Positions 44,953 through 59,900 of a stretch of DNA of 64,000 bases are shown piece after piece. Each line of letters starts with the position of its first letter. Within the stretch, counting starts at the first letter, position 1. Source of the stretch: a virus. The notes beneath the pieces were generated by a model, which saw only the letters and a program-made list of their open reading frames with translations, had not been told where the DNA came from and ran no database searches. The stretch is from the IMG/VR virus record IMGVR_UViG_3300030380_003294; one strand, written 5' to 3'. Position numbers and translations under genes: made by a program.

Positions 44953-47900
44953 TTATGGGGTTTCTGGGTCTACCAACTCTTCACCGTATTGTGAAAGGTC
45001 GGGAGCAACATAATCATCAGGAACAACAGTGTCAATACTGATTCCTGGATTTTGATATCCAGTACCAGTTGCACTAAGTTCAACACCTGCAACACCAACC
45101 AAGGCACGGATGTTACCATCGAAACCAGAGATGGAGTCGATTCTCACGGTAGGTCTAGAAGTGTATCCAGAACCTCCACCAGTGACTTGAACTTTGTCAA
45201 TGAATCCAGATGTCAAGAGCGCAGTTGCAGATGCGTTCTGACCGAAGACAGATCCAAGATAATCAAAAGTGATCAGAGAGTTAGAAGATTCAATAACAGC
45301 AACTTCTCTGTCTGCAGTCTCACCCTGAATGTCAATAAAGTCACCAGGTTCAATCGGTGGTACAACTTCAGCAGCATCAACGTCTGCCTCAGAACCAACA
45401 TAGGAGAATGCGACGAAAGTAGATCCGAATCTAGGAATCTCAGAGAAGATGATTCTAGAACCAACAATCTCAAAACCAACTCCAGGTTCTTGGATCACAC
45501 CGTTGAGCGAACAGATGATGTTGTTCTCAGGTCTGATCACACTAGACTGAACACCTTCAGTTAGTGTCAAGGAGTAGAACACATCATTACGCTTAAGGTT
45601 GAAGGACTGTCTCAATGAGTCAAACTCGAATGAGATATCATCCAACTGTCTAAGTTTACCAATGTAGAATCCAGTGAAGGATGCTCCAAGATCAGGTGCT
45701 TCAGTAAACTGAATCTGGTTCGAGAACGCTGTGTATGCGTTTGTAGCACCTGGAGGTTGTAAGATACCATTAACGAAGATTAAGAGGTGTCCTGCGGGAT
45801 CTGGGAGGTATGCAGTACCATTATTCTGTGAGAGATCGAAGGTAGTTTGTGTACCATCGAATCCCTTGAAGGATCTCTTGACTCTTGCCTTAAGATCAAC
45901 CTGAGTAAGGATAACAGCACCGTATGAATCAGGTCCCTTGATAGCATCTCTAATTCCAAATGTTCCAGTAACATCGCTGAGATACAGACGCTTGTTGATA
46001 CCATCTGGGCGAACATCCTGCACGAGAGCAGCACCTGCACCTGCAGTGGTCACGATAGTTGAGATAGAAGCATATCCAACGGGGAATGTTGCTGCTAACC
46101 CGTAATCACCAATCTGATCACCCTGAGAGAATGTACCTTGGAACTCAACCATGTAGACATAGTTGTTAGCAATATCTACGTCAGTGATAATACCGAATGT
46201 GGCAGAATCTTGAACACCTGATATAACCTTATAAAGTCTGTTACCAACAGTAAAGTTGTTGAGACCACTAATAATATTAATACCAAATCTCTTGTATCCA
46301 ACAGATGCAATTCTGTCACCAACACCAATATCAAGTCCTGCATACTTAGAAACTGTAATGAACTGTCTAGAAGCAGAAGGATAAACAACTGCGGTTTTTT
46401 CAAATGTTCCAAGTAAGGATTCAGTATCAACGGTTAATTTACCACCAGTGTTGTCGGTAACTGCTGCCTCTGCCTTCAAGAATGAAGTAGGTTGTGCAGT
46501 TGCACCAGAGGTGTAACCTTTGAATGGAATGTCAGCAACGAAGTCACCCTTAAGATCAATAATATGAACACGAGTTTCAATAGCACTGATCTGAGCAGTA
46601 GTAGAGTTAGTTGCACCAACAATGTTGTCTGTAATTGCCCATGGACCTGCAGTAATCTTGACGTCAAGATACTTGTAGTTAGCATCTTCATGGAATCCAT
46701 AAACAACACCAGTGATAGAAGGAGCACCTTGTTTTGCAACAACTTCATTCATTGTGTAAGGACCGTCAGTGATATCACCGTCGATTCTAAATCTGGAGTA
46801 AACCTGTACTACTAAACCTTCATTCAGAGTAATTGATTCAACCTCAGCAGAAGCATCACTGAGTAATCCGTATACAAAATCAGCAGGATTAAGTCCACCA
46901 TTGTAACCAACAGGAATATTTCTAGTTCCAAACTTCTTAGTAGGAAGACTGATTCCATTGTAAGTTGTAAGACCGATGTAAGAAGTATCGTTACTTAACT
47001 GATTAGTAATGATCTGCAACAGATATCTAATTGCTGCAGAAATAGAATCCTTAGTATAGTTTGCAGCATCAGCAGAACTGTAGAAGGAATAGAATCCTGC
47101 AGCAGTAGAAGGAGATGTCAAACTATTATCCAGAGCAGCAATCATGTATTGCTCTAACAATTCAAGAATGTAGTTCTTAGTATTGAATTCGGTATCAGAG
47201 AAGAATGTCTTACCACTCTGAGATTGATAAGGATCGAGTCCACCTTTAGTGAGTTTTGCACCCCAAACAAGGACTCCAGTAGAACCATCACCAGTCCAAA
47301 CAGTAGCACCACTACCACTCTTGATGATAAATTTAGATCTTAGAGTTGTGAATCCGAAGGAGAACGTACCAGTAATGAAGCATCTATACCAACCATCTCC
47401 AAGAGGAATTGCACCAAATTGATCTACAGTAATACCACCCTGAGGAGTAAATGCTGTTCCAGTTGCACCAGTTGTAAGATTGAGGTCGAAGAATGCATTT
47501 TGCTCTCCTGCACCACCTGGATCAAGTTGCATTTGGAATCTGATTGATTGTGAACCAGATGTCTTGACAAATCCAGAGAAAGTAAATTGCTGAGTTTCAG
47601 TTTGACCAACAGCACCAGTATCAAACGATTCATTAGTAGTATCGAAAGTAACTGTTCCAGAGTCAAAGGTTTCAAAAGCAGTTAAGTTGAAATCTCTGTT
47701 AATTTCATGCTGACCATTTTGACCATTGTTAGGAGTAACATCTTCTGCAGTCTGAGTATCATCAGGAGCAAGACCTTGGTTAGCAGTAATAGTTACATTA
47801 GTTGTAGGTGTCCAGTTGATTTGATATGCCTCAGGATTAGTCCAGAGGTTTGTACCTGCAATTTGACCAGAGATGTTAGAAGTAATAAGTCTTGCACTTG

Positions 47901-50900
47901 AAAGAGTTCTAACATTAGCAACTTCGGTATACCAATCATAAGGACTACCAACAGCACCAACGGTAGCAGTTGCACCAGAGGTTTTACCTGTCAACGTATT
48001 AGATGCAACCCATGCAGTTCCTGTAAATGGACCAATAACAAAGAAGTTAGTTTCCGAATCATATTCAAGAACAGTTGCATAACCGCCAACATTAGATCTT
48101 ACAACTTCACCAACTTGGAATGCACCAGTTACACTAGAAATAGTAATACCATATGCAGTTGTCTTCTTCTTAGTATCTGTTATGACAAGATCATGAATAA
48201 CATCATTTACAGTTTGATTTACAAAGTCATCATAGACCCAAGATCCCGCACCAAACTGAGCAACAGTCTGAGTTTGAATCTCTTGTAAGTAGTAGTTACG
48301 GTTGTAAAGAATATGCTTGGCAGCACTTCTACCAATCGTCTTAGCAGGAGCAAGAATATTAACAGCAATCTCAATAAGTTCAGACCATCTGTTCTTAACA
48401 CTTGCTGCGTCAGTGATAGTTAAGGCATCACGAACTGCAGCATCATCGGTATGTAATGCTGAATATGCACCTGCTGTGCCACCTGTGTCCTCACCATTTG
48501 CATAGAGTAAATTATCGATTGCTTTCTTACCAAGTGCTTCAAGTTGCTCGATACCATATACGGTAGCAAGTAGTTCTTGTTCAACACCTTGAGAAATATT
48601 GAGAGTTAAAGCAGCAGTTAGATACTTGGAGATAGCATCGATAGTAGAGTTATTTCCACCAGTCTGTAAATCAGAGATTGCACTCTCAATAATGAGTTTC
48701 AAGTCTCTCTGACATTTTGCTTCACCAAGGGCACCGTTAGGATACTGGAATGCTTGATATTGAATACTGTTTAGCAGATATGTAAACTCAGTAGTGATGA
48801 GTCCAGTAATTTCTTCTGCGATAAAGTTTCTATTGAAGTAAAGTCTATCAGCAGCAATCTCAAAATCAGAACCAGTTGGAGCGATGATATCATTAATTGT
48901 AGTTACGAGGTTATCAATCGCAGTCTTGACGTTTGCACATCCACCTGCATCATTAGTAATACCCCAGTCACCAACGATAATACCGTCAGTGTTATCGTAA
49001 GTTAAATCGCCAGTAACTGCTTGCTTGGCATAGAATCCAAGTCTTTCGTGTGCATAAACAGATTGCCAAACTTGTAATCTGATATGTTGTAGTTCACCGC
49101 TTGCACCGATGTAGAATTTAGCAGCAGTAATAGTTTCTAAATTACCACCATCATAAAGATCATCTGCTAATCCGTCTAAGATCAATCCAAGGTCAGTCTT
49201 ACAACGTAACGTACCATCAGTAGATGTACCGTTAGCATTTCTAGGCATGTTAAGTGCAAGATCTGGATATCTTGTGAGCATATCAAATGCTGCTTTATCA
49301 ACGATAACCTTTCTGTTTGCACGAATCAAGTTAGCAGCATCACGGAATCTACCACGAGCATCTTCATCAATTTGATTGGTATAGATTTGATCAGTAGTTC
49401 CATTGTGATAATCAACAATGAATGGAACTTCACTGTAAGCATTAACTGTTCCACCAACAAACTCATATGCAGGAGAAACTTTAGTAACAGTTGCCAAATG
49501 ATCAGTTGGTGATGCAGCAGCAGCGTTTTCTAAGGTGTCTGTGATGATATCAAGTAAGTTATTGTTAGTAGTGACAACATCAGCACAATCAGTAAGACTG
49601 TACTCAGATTTTGTAATACCATTGCTTACTGCACTTGAGAAGGTGTGAGAGTATTGATCATCAGCACTTGATGCGCCAACGTTGATAGTAAACGTATCCG
49701 TGGTGTGGGCAGAGATCTTGAGGACTTGCTTAGAAGCAGGATCAGTAGATCTTGGGTATGCGGTAATCTTTTGGTTTCCATCTTTAGAACAAGTGAATGA
49801 TATTGCACCATCAGCAAGGAATACAGAGTCACCTGCAACTGTAATACCATTAGTAGTAGCAGATACGAAGGTGTGAGTGTAGTTACCGCCAGAAACGACT
49901 GCACTGGAGGTTGCACTTGCAAATGTATGTGTGCTTGTATTGGAATCAGTTCCAATGTCAACCGTGATAGTATTGTTCTTCTTAATGATTCCATTTGCAG
50001 ATGCAGATACGAAAGTATGAGCAAACTGATCAGCAGCACTAGAAGGACCAACATTAACAGTAAATGTATTGTCTGTCTTAGCAGAGATTCTTAACCATCT
50101 TCCAGAGAAAGGATCAGTGGAACGAGGATAAGTCTTAGTCTCATGATTACCATCTTTAGTGCAGGTGAAGGAGAGTGAATTATCAGCAATTCTGATCTTA
50201 TCTCCTACAACAAATCCATGAGCATTCTGAGTGATTTGTAAAACACCAGTTGCAGGATCATAAATTGCTCCTGTAGCAGTTGATGTTACACCATTTTGTG
50301 TGATAGAAACAATCTTATCAGAAGCAGGAAGAGTTCCATTTCCACCAGTTCCTCTAGAGAAGGTCAATGAATCTTGTGCAATCTTAATTGACTGACCAAC
50401 TTCCAAGTTATTATTAGGAAGTGTTAGAACAGCGATACCAGTTGAAGGATCGTAAGTTGCACCTGTTGGTTGATAGTTAACAGCAGTTGACTTACCTACA
50501 TTTAGTTCAAAAGTATTTGTAGTCTTATTCTGAACTTCTAACCAACCTAAAGCAGCAGGATCGTTAGGTCTTGGATAGGTATGGTTTGTAGAATTGCCAT
50601 CCATTGAACATGTAAATGTAATGGAGTTGTCTGCAAGTTGAATCCTATCACCATTTTGTAAATTATGACCATTAGAAGTAATAGTCAAAATACCAGTGGT
50701 AGCAACGTATGTCGCGTTTGTTGCAGTGATAGTAGAGTCACTTACCAGTCCATGACCAGAAGAAGTGACAACCATCTCACCAGTGGCAGGGTTGTATGTT
50801 GCACCAGAAGGAGTAACTTGAGTTACAGATTGTGAGAGGTAGTCAGACTCAGTAATTGTAGTATCAAACTTCTGAGTGAATCCATGATCACCTTGAACAG

Positions 50901-53900
50901 ACCATGGAGTGTTATTAACAACATACTTAAGTAACTTACCAACAGTTTCATAAGTGAATAAAGATTCAACAAGATCATCAGAAACATGCAACAGAGTGAC
51001 TGGGTTTGTAGTTCTGTCAACATAAAGTGCAGCAGCATCCCAGACATGGTTGTTAGATCCATTTCTAAGATCCTCTACCATTGCATCTAAGATATCTTTA
51101 ACATCATCTTCACAGTTAATCTCTCCACCAACAACAGTGAAGTAAGGATAACGTTCCTTCATGATATACACTGCTTCTTGAGCAATGAACTCTCTGTTAA
51201 GAATGACTAGATCAGCAGCATTGATGTATCTGTGTGTCTTCTGGTTAAATCCTCCAGTAGCACCAGTTTGGCGTTGTGTTTCACGAATAGCATCATTGTT
51301 AAAGTATTCGTCAATAGTAAAGTCTTGTGTGCCAGACCAATCATCAGTATAAGTTTGTGCATCAGCACCATCTAAGTGATAGAGTAACTTAGCGTTATTA
51401 TCACCTTGGAAGATACCGTTTTGAGGAGTGAATGGTACTGAAGAGTAACGAGTTGTAGATGATAATCTAATTTCATCAATATGACCGATGAAACCATTAG
51501 CACCTGCGTAATCCATACCAACTCTAAATGGTTTGGCAACATAAGAAGTGCTATCAGTTCCTGTTCCTCTTTCTACACCATCAAGGAAAATCTTAGTTGT
51601 AGTGCTAGATCTTTGAACAACAACATGTGTCCAAGTATCAGCAGTAACAGTAGTTGCTCCAGATGTTACTAGATCAGAACCATTTACATTGTATCTTACT
51701 TGTCCTGCTTCAAGGTATAGTCTACCTGCAACTTCAGATGCAGATGATGCTCTAAAGTCGAAGATAGTTCTTGTACCAGTAATATCGCTAGGACGGATAT
51801 AACATTCAATAGTGAATCCTGCAGAACCCCATGCAAAGTCAGAGGATGAATCTGTAGAGATATAATCACCTGCACCATCTAACAGTAGTGATGAAAGACC
51901 AAATTTCTTCTGTGCAGTATCTAACTGAGCATTACCAGAGAATGTTGCGATGTTATAATCTAAACCACCACGTTGTGATCTAGCAATCTTACCAAGGAAG
52001 ATAGTGGAACGTGCAGAGTTTGCACCAACAACTTCTGCCTTTGTATCTCTAGATCTAATGACTTGTCCTGCTTGGAAGAAACCAGAACCAATTCTATCGG
52101 TAAAGGTAAGTTTTCTAATTCTGGCACCTTCACTTGCTTGGAAATCACCAACATTATTACCGTATTCTACTTTGTAGTTACGAATGTATTCGTTTTCTTG
52201 TAAAGTGCCAACTGCATTATCATAAGGAATGACATAATTATTGACCTGCTCATTTGCAGGGAAACTACTATCAAAGGCAGTAGTATTGTCAGTGAAATCA
52301 ACGACACCAATCTGAGATTTGGAAATGTCATCAAGGACAACGTTTGGATAAGTCTGTGATGTAATTCTGTTGAATAGTAATCCAAAGAAGGAAGAACCTT
52401 CTGAAATATTAACCTGTCCAATAAACTCATTAGTTGTAGGATCTTGATAAGTTGCAGTAGCAGTTACACTAGCAACAACACCAGACTGTGCACCGATAAT
52501 AACATCATTCAACTGAATATCGAATAATCCAGGTGTAGATTGATAAGTACCCGCAACCTTACTCAAAGTAAGTGCATTAGTAACAGAAATATCAGTTCCA
52601 TATACAGGTGAATCTTCCTGATGAGCAACTGCTAGAGTTCCGTTCTGTCCTCTAGTTACAGTAAGAGTTGTAGATTCTGAACCAGTAGTAACACTGTCAA
52701 CTCTAAAGATTTCAGATCCTAACTGATAATTAGTTCCTGCAGCAAATACTCCTGCAGTGACTGCATAGTCAGCAGCAGTATTATCTGTTTTAAATGCAAC
52801 CATCTCAATAGATGTAGTTGCAGCACCGACTGTGTAACGTAACTGAGCAAGAGGAGTTTCAGCACCACTAGCAAGGTTGATCTGTTCAACTTTTGCAGTA
52901 TCACCAGTAAGGTTAGTAACATTCTCACCGAATATGAACAATCCGATGTTAGAAATGTTAGTAACAGCAACAATGTTAGCAGCAAAACCAGTTGCACCAA
53001 CAGTTGCTAGTTCACCGATAGTGTAAGTTCCTTGGGTGATGAAACCATTGATGGTATCACCAACGACAGTTGTAACAGTCAATCTTGCAGTACTAGAAGT
53101 ACCAACCAGAGTCATTCCTGGAGTTGGGAAGATACCACTAATATTGGTAAAGGTTACCGCAACAGTAGAAATTGGATTGATAGTAACATTGACATACTTG
53201 ATACTTGCAGGAGGTTGTGGTGGTTCTGCAAAGACGATTGAATCACCTTGAATCTCAAATGCAGTTCCAGGAGTTTGTACAACACCATTAAGAACAATCA
53301 TCAACTGGTTAGCGTTGGCAACAACGTTACCACCATCAACAGTTAGTGGGAAGGAGATCTTCTGACCATCGAACTGATTAGAAATATCATCAAGTCTTTG
53401 TACAACAGAAGTTAGAATGTTCTCAGAAGAAGTTAATCGCTTCTGTCTGAATAGTACTTCTGTATTATTAAATTCTGAGTAAACAGGTTCAACCAGAGCA
53501 AAGTTCTGAATATTAGGAACGATTGCATCTCTTGCAAGTTCAACAGATTTTGTTAACTGGAATGAAGTCTCTTTATTAGGAATAAATCCATAATCGTTAA
53601 GATCTAATTCACCAAATACTTTGAACGATGCAGGGTGAACGTTCTTGATAAGAATCTCTTTCCACTCACCGATAGAAACAGCAGACTTAACAGCATAAGA
53701 GAAGTCCTGATAGTAGTACGAGTCTTGGATCTTCTGAATAATCTCAGATGGTTTACCAACATCATCGATAAACTGACCAGTAGTCTTAGTAATAGAACCA
53801 ATTTCAAGAACACCTTTAGCAACCTTGATATCGGTCATGATACCAGAAGATTTAGAAATCACACCAGTGATTCTTTGACCAGTAGAGAATTCTCCAGTAT

Positions 53901-56900
53901 AGTCAACAATCTTAAGAACTCTAGGTCCAACTTGCCAACCTGCGTTAGTAGAAACAAATCCAGTAGCAGTTGCAGCAGTAAGTGAATCACCTTGATATAC
54001 AAGTTCACCTTCAAGGAAAGTAGAAGTAACAACGTTTGCAGTTGCACTACCACCGAAGGATTCAGTTAATACTTGCTGACGACCTGTACCTGCGTTGACA
54101 TATGATAATGCATCACCCAATGCAGCGTTAGCAGGAGTAATGGCAAGTTTTAATTGATCTGGTTCAAGAGAGTTAGCAGAACCTGCAATAGCATAGTAAG
54201 TAGTAGTTCCATTCAATCTACCAACAGCACCTGCAGATAGAGGGAATTCAACTCCATCACCAGTATCAACAGCATTCAGTGTAACAGCAGCACCGTTTTG
54301 AATACCATGTGGGAAAGCAAACTGTAGGAGTCCTAAGTCAAGGTTAACAACATAGTTGAAAGAAGATCTCAGTGATACAATAGGTGTTGAAGAATAACCT
54401 GCACCTGGATCTTTTACGATAATAGTATCAAGACGACCGTTCTTAATGGTTGCTTCTGCAATAGCACCAGAACCGCCACCACCAGTGATGACAACAGCAG
54501 GTGCTTGAGAATAACCAGTACCAGGATCAGTAACTGTAATACTATCAAGAATACTTGTAGATGTTAACTGAGCATTGATTGGGAATGTAATCTCAGGACG
54601 TAAAGTATAGTCATGAGGATAATCATAACCAAAGTTGTTGTTCTTAAGTTTCTTAATCTTACCAACACTAGAACCTTGAGTGAAGATAGATGCACCAGAA
54701 CCGAATGGAGGAATAACAACGACAACCTCAGCACCAGATCCAGTCAAACCAGATCCTAAGATGCCAGAAACTGACTCAATATCAATCGATGCAGTAGTAT
54801 ATCCTTTACCAGGAGATGTAACATCAATCTTTTGAATTTGACCAGGAATGGTTACACCGTTAGCATCAGTTCCATCAGCAACAGTGATAGAAACAAATCC
54901 ACCTTCACCATCACCTGCAATAGGAACACCTGCGTATTCTCCTACAGCATATTCAGTTCCAGGATCATTAATTTGAATTCTTTCAATTTGTCTGGTTGAT
55001 TGAATAGCAGAGACAATAGGCAATCTGGTATAGAAACCACCTGGGTTTACAATACGAACAGAGTCGATAGATCCAACTGCTCTTGTAGATGAAGTTCCAT
55101 AACTTGTTTGGTTGATATCAGCAGCACCTTCTGGTTCGTTAAGAAGAGGGAACTTGATAATATCAGCACCACGAGTAATGGTTTGACCTGCAATAGAAGA
55201 GATCTCAAAATTACCCTTATATGGAGAATCTACAACATCAAGGTAACTACCAGGTACAACAGGAGAATCATCACCAGTTCTAGAAGGATCAAAGTAATAT
55301 GAGATGTTAGTAACAATACTTTCGTCAACTTTTAGTTTTACAGAAGGTGTAGGAGCACCTGCACCACTGATACCAGGGGTTCCAACTCTTTCAATAGAGT
55401 TGAATGAATATTCAAGTTTGTATAGACTATCCTTAGCAAATGATAAGTTACCACCAACCAGTGAGGAATGACTTAAGTCAAAGATGTATTGGTGACCATA
55501 GTACATCTTCAGAGTTGGAGACTTCATGAAGATATTGACATTTCCTGCAGTTGTAGCAGGTGAACTCACTGCTGCTTGATCTAACTTGTAAGTAAACTCA
55601 AGAGGACTAATTACTTGATCGACTGGGAATGCACCATCGTATTCATCATAGGTTACACCACTAACTTCTTGAGATGGGTTGCCATCAACGTAAATGACAT
55701 CTCCTTTAGAAAGATAATGACTAGTGTCAGTAATTACATAAACTTCATCACTATTAGCAACAGAAGAAACTTGTAAGATCTTATCAAGGTTTGCGACTAA
55801 AGTGATCTTAAGAACACCAGTCAGATTAGTAACCTGTATAGTGCTTCTTGCTGAGTTGAATGAAACATCGCCAGAAGAAAGTTGTACAACAGAACCAACA
55901 ATGAATGGGGAAGAACCAGATACTTCATCAATTCTTACAGAATAATCTTCGGTCGCAAATGGTTTGAACTTAGCAAACGAATCAAGATTTTGACTACCTG
56001 CAGCATTGTAAGTACCATCTAAGTTGTACTTATCAAGATCAATATCAAAAGTTCCTGGAGTTGTATTAACAACCAGTGGGAATGAGAAGTTTTCAATGAT
56101 ATTGATATCATTAGGAATAGGTCCAACAATACCATAAGTTGATTGTTCGTTGAACTGTTCAGTTATTAAATTACCAGTAGCAGTGTCATTAGTCCATGTG
56201 TTGTTGTTTACAGCAAGGTAAACTTTATTATTCTCATTATCAATTCTTACAATGTAACCGCTATTGACAAACTGTCCAGAATCATTGTTTAAACGTAGTT
56301 TAGTACCAACACTAAATCTAAATGCCTGATTAATCGTTAACTCTTGTATATTATCAATCTTGATTGTAGGAGTAACCTTGAAGAAATATCTGTCCTTAAC
56401 AACAGCAGATACGTTAAGTTTCTGAGATCCAGGTGAAGGAACAGTAGCAGTTCTAGAACTCCAAACATCTTGAGTATAAGTAAGAGTTTCAGTTCCAGGA
56501 GTCATATTGATTGTAGCATCATCAAAGTCAAGAGATTGGAATCCTGCTTCTGATAAAGAATAACCAGTATTCTGCATAGTGAGTGTACTACCAATGACGG
56601 GAGTAACTGCAGTTCTAGTAAATCCTAATTGAGTATTAGTTTGTGTAGAAATTGTACCAAGTCTTGCAGAATCAGCGTTCTTATCAACTTTAAGTGCAAA
56701 ACCATCATAATCAATCAAATCATATCTGTTAAGGTTAGTAGTGAACCATGCAGTATCAGACCAAGTATATGAGAATCCAAATGCACCTGTAGTTGGGAAT
56801 ACAGAAACATCAGAAGGAACAGTAGGAGTGATTGCTCTATTTCTTAATCTAAAGTTATCAACCTGGAACTGACCTTGCTCATTAACTCTAAAGTTACCTG

Positions 56901-59900
56901 CAGAACCAGATCTGCCAGGAATTTGACCAACATAAAGATGCTTACTACCAAGAGCAGTAGAAGGAACTGTAGATTGAATTGCTTGAATACCGTTAACATA
57001 TACGGTAAAGACATTTCCTTCTTTCTTCAATCCAATGAATTGCCATGTGTTATCGGCAAACATGTTATTGAGACTGGACTGTCCTGCACCAGATGCATTG
57101 TTAATCTTAGTAGATCCATTAGTTACAACAAGTTCTAAGTATCCAGTGCTTACATCATAATACAACCAAAGACCACCAGTTGCCTCTTCAGCATCACCGA
57201 TAGCAATAAGAGTATGTTGAGTAATACCAGAAACTGCAGTTGTAGCAGTATTCTTGAATATCATCATCTCAACAGTGAAATCACTATTGAGTTTTGCCCC
57301 TAATTGAGCAGAAGTAATTTGTAAGTTAGATTGAGTCCAAGTACTTTGACCAGTTGCATAACCATTAATCTTAGCAACATTATCAGCATATGTGATAGAG
57401 TTGTTTGTTGATGTAGAAGTTAATGTATAATGAGTAGTTGTATCAGCATTAGATCCTGATGTGAATGGGAAGATAAACTCATTTCTATTCCACTGAGTTT
57501 GACCTGCAACATGGATATCACCAGAATTATCAACATCTACAGCATATGCTGTGATGCCTTCAATATTATTTTGAGTAAACTGATTGGTGGTGTGATTCTT
57601 GATCTTTCCATCATATCCAATCTTAACAGTATCAACTGTAGTTAAAGTATCTGTATTATTAGTGCTAGTAAATGCAATATTCAAATCACCAAAGATATCG
57701 ATTGCAGAACTAGGAGCAACACTTACTGATCCTCCAGATGGAGCAACATAACGATAATTCCAGATAAATGTGCCATTTGCATCAATCTTACCAACCCAGA
57801 AACTATCTTTAGTAGTATCATCAGATTTAAGTCTTAGACCACCAGTAACATAAAGTTCTTTAAATTCATCAATAGTGATACTAGTATTCATGATTGAATA
57901 CAAACTATTAGTAAACTGTTTGATCCAATTTACAGTAATTGCATTAGTACCAAAAGCAATCTTAGCAACACCAGTATCGATGTCTGCTTCATTTACAGTG
58001 CTTGCAAGTTCTAAGGATGCATATACATCAGTTCCATCAATAACAATATCGGTAATCTTCTCTGACTTATTAGGAGAAGCAAGTTTTCTCTTAATTGCAA
58101 AGTTACCACTAGTATCAATAGATGCAATAAAGGCATCATAAGGTGCACCAGAGTTAGTATTGGTATATCCTCCAATAATGAATCTAGTATCAGAGTATTT
58201 CTGAATTGCAGTGATAAAGTCGCCACGAGTAGAACCAGAGATACCTGCATAACCTTTTTGGAAGGTTAATGCTGCACTTAGTCCGTTTGCTGCTTCAGTA
58301 TACTTACAAAGAACGATATCAGGATTATATGCAGCAAGAATAGAACTATTGGGACTGTTTTGACCAACAACCCAAATATCCTTACCATCAACATATAATT
58401 TAAGGAATTCAGAGTCTTCCTGACCACCTGCAAGTTCTAAACTTGCTTCCCACTCTTTAACACCAGTAGCAGAAAGTTTTGCAACAACTGCAACATCATT
58501 TGATGCAGCATCATAAGTTTTACCACAGATATAAACTTCTTTAGAATCATTGATATAAACATCACTGATTTTAACGTAATTTCTATTTACAAACTTAGCA
58601 ACGTAATAATCTGCTTTCTTAAAGACCTGAGGATGAGATAAGATGACACGAGGGTTACTTGTATAACCATAACCAGAGTTAATAATATTAACAGTGTCAA
58701 TAGAACCAACAGAACTTACAACTGCTTCAAGTCTACCACCAGTTCCGTTACCATCAATAATAATGGTTGGGGGAATGTCAGTATTATAACCTGATCCAGT
58801 TTGATTAATTACAATTTGTTCAATACCTTTAAACTGTCTAACTGTAAACGTCTTATTGGTATTGTCCATAACAGGAGTATAGTCAATAAAGACACTATCT
58901 CCTGGTTGTAGGTTGTGAGGATTGACTGTAGTAAGTTTACCGAAGTTATTACCACTAATGTTCTCAAATGTATATGCTTCGACTGCTTCACCTCTAATTC
59001 TAGCAACACGAGCAGAAACACCACTACCATCAGTATCAGAATTATCAAAGATCAATCTGTCATTGACCTGATAGTTAATACCTGGGTTCTCAACTGTAAA
59101 TCCAGTTACAGAAGCGTCTTCAAACTTAGTAGTAGTTTCAACTTCAATATCAACCTTAGAGTCAAACTTAACTTTAGGGAAATAGTCAAATAACTGTAAT
59201 GGTGACTCTTCAAAGACTTGATCGGGATCATCAGTTTCATCTTGCTCGATAACACCGCTTCTATCTTCGTCTTCTATGTCAAACAGTAAGATATCACCAT
59301 TCTCTAGTGTTAGAGCGTTTGTAGAGGCATTTGGTGCCCTCTCAACGTCAATATCAACATTCTCGTAAGGATCACGATATCTAACAACTCCAGTAGGAAT
59401 GTTTTGCTGTACCGCAGTAGGACTTAAGTTCCAAGTATCAACAACAGAGTTGAAATCAGGACCCATCACATATGGGAACAGTGGATTACCATCTTCAGTA
59501 GCATCAATAGTAACAAAGTAGCAATATCTACCTTCTGGATACTCAGGAGTCTTACAGAATCTACCATTGTACTGATCTAATGCACCAAGACCAAAAACGT
59601 ATTCATAGTCTTCAATAAACTTACCTGCTGCTTCTGCAGAAAGTAAAGGTCCCGCTGTTCTGACGGGATTTGGATTAGAGTCAACATTATAGACAAGATT
59701 TGTCTTGAGTCTATAGGAGGTGTTGAGTTTTGTGATGGAAGATGATTGATCAGTAGGATCGGAGTAACCATAAGGACCATAAATCGGGTTACCATCAAAT
59801 GCCCAACCAATAATAGGAGAGTGAATCAATCCCTCTTCTCGTTCCTTAATTAATCCTGCTGTATTCTCAAATAAGTTATCACCAAGGATGTATCTCAGTG

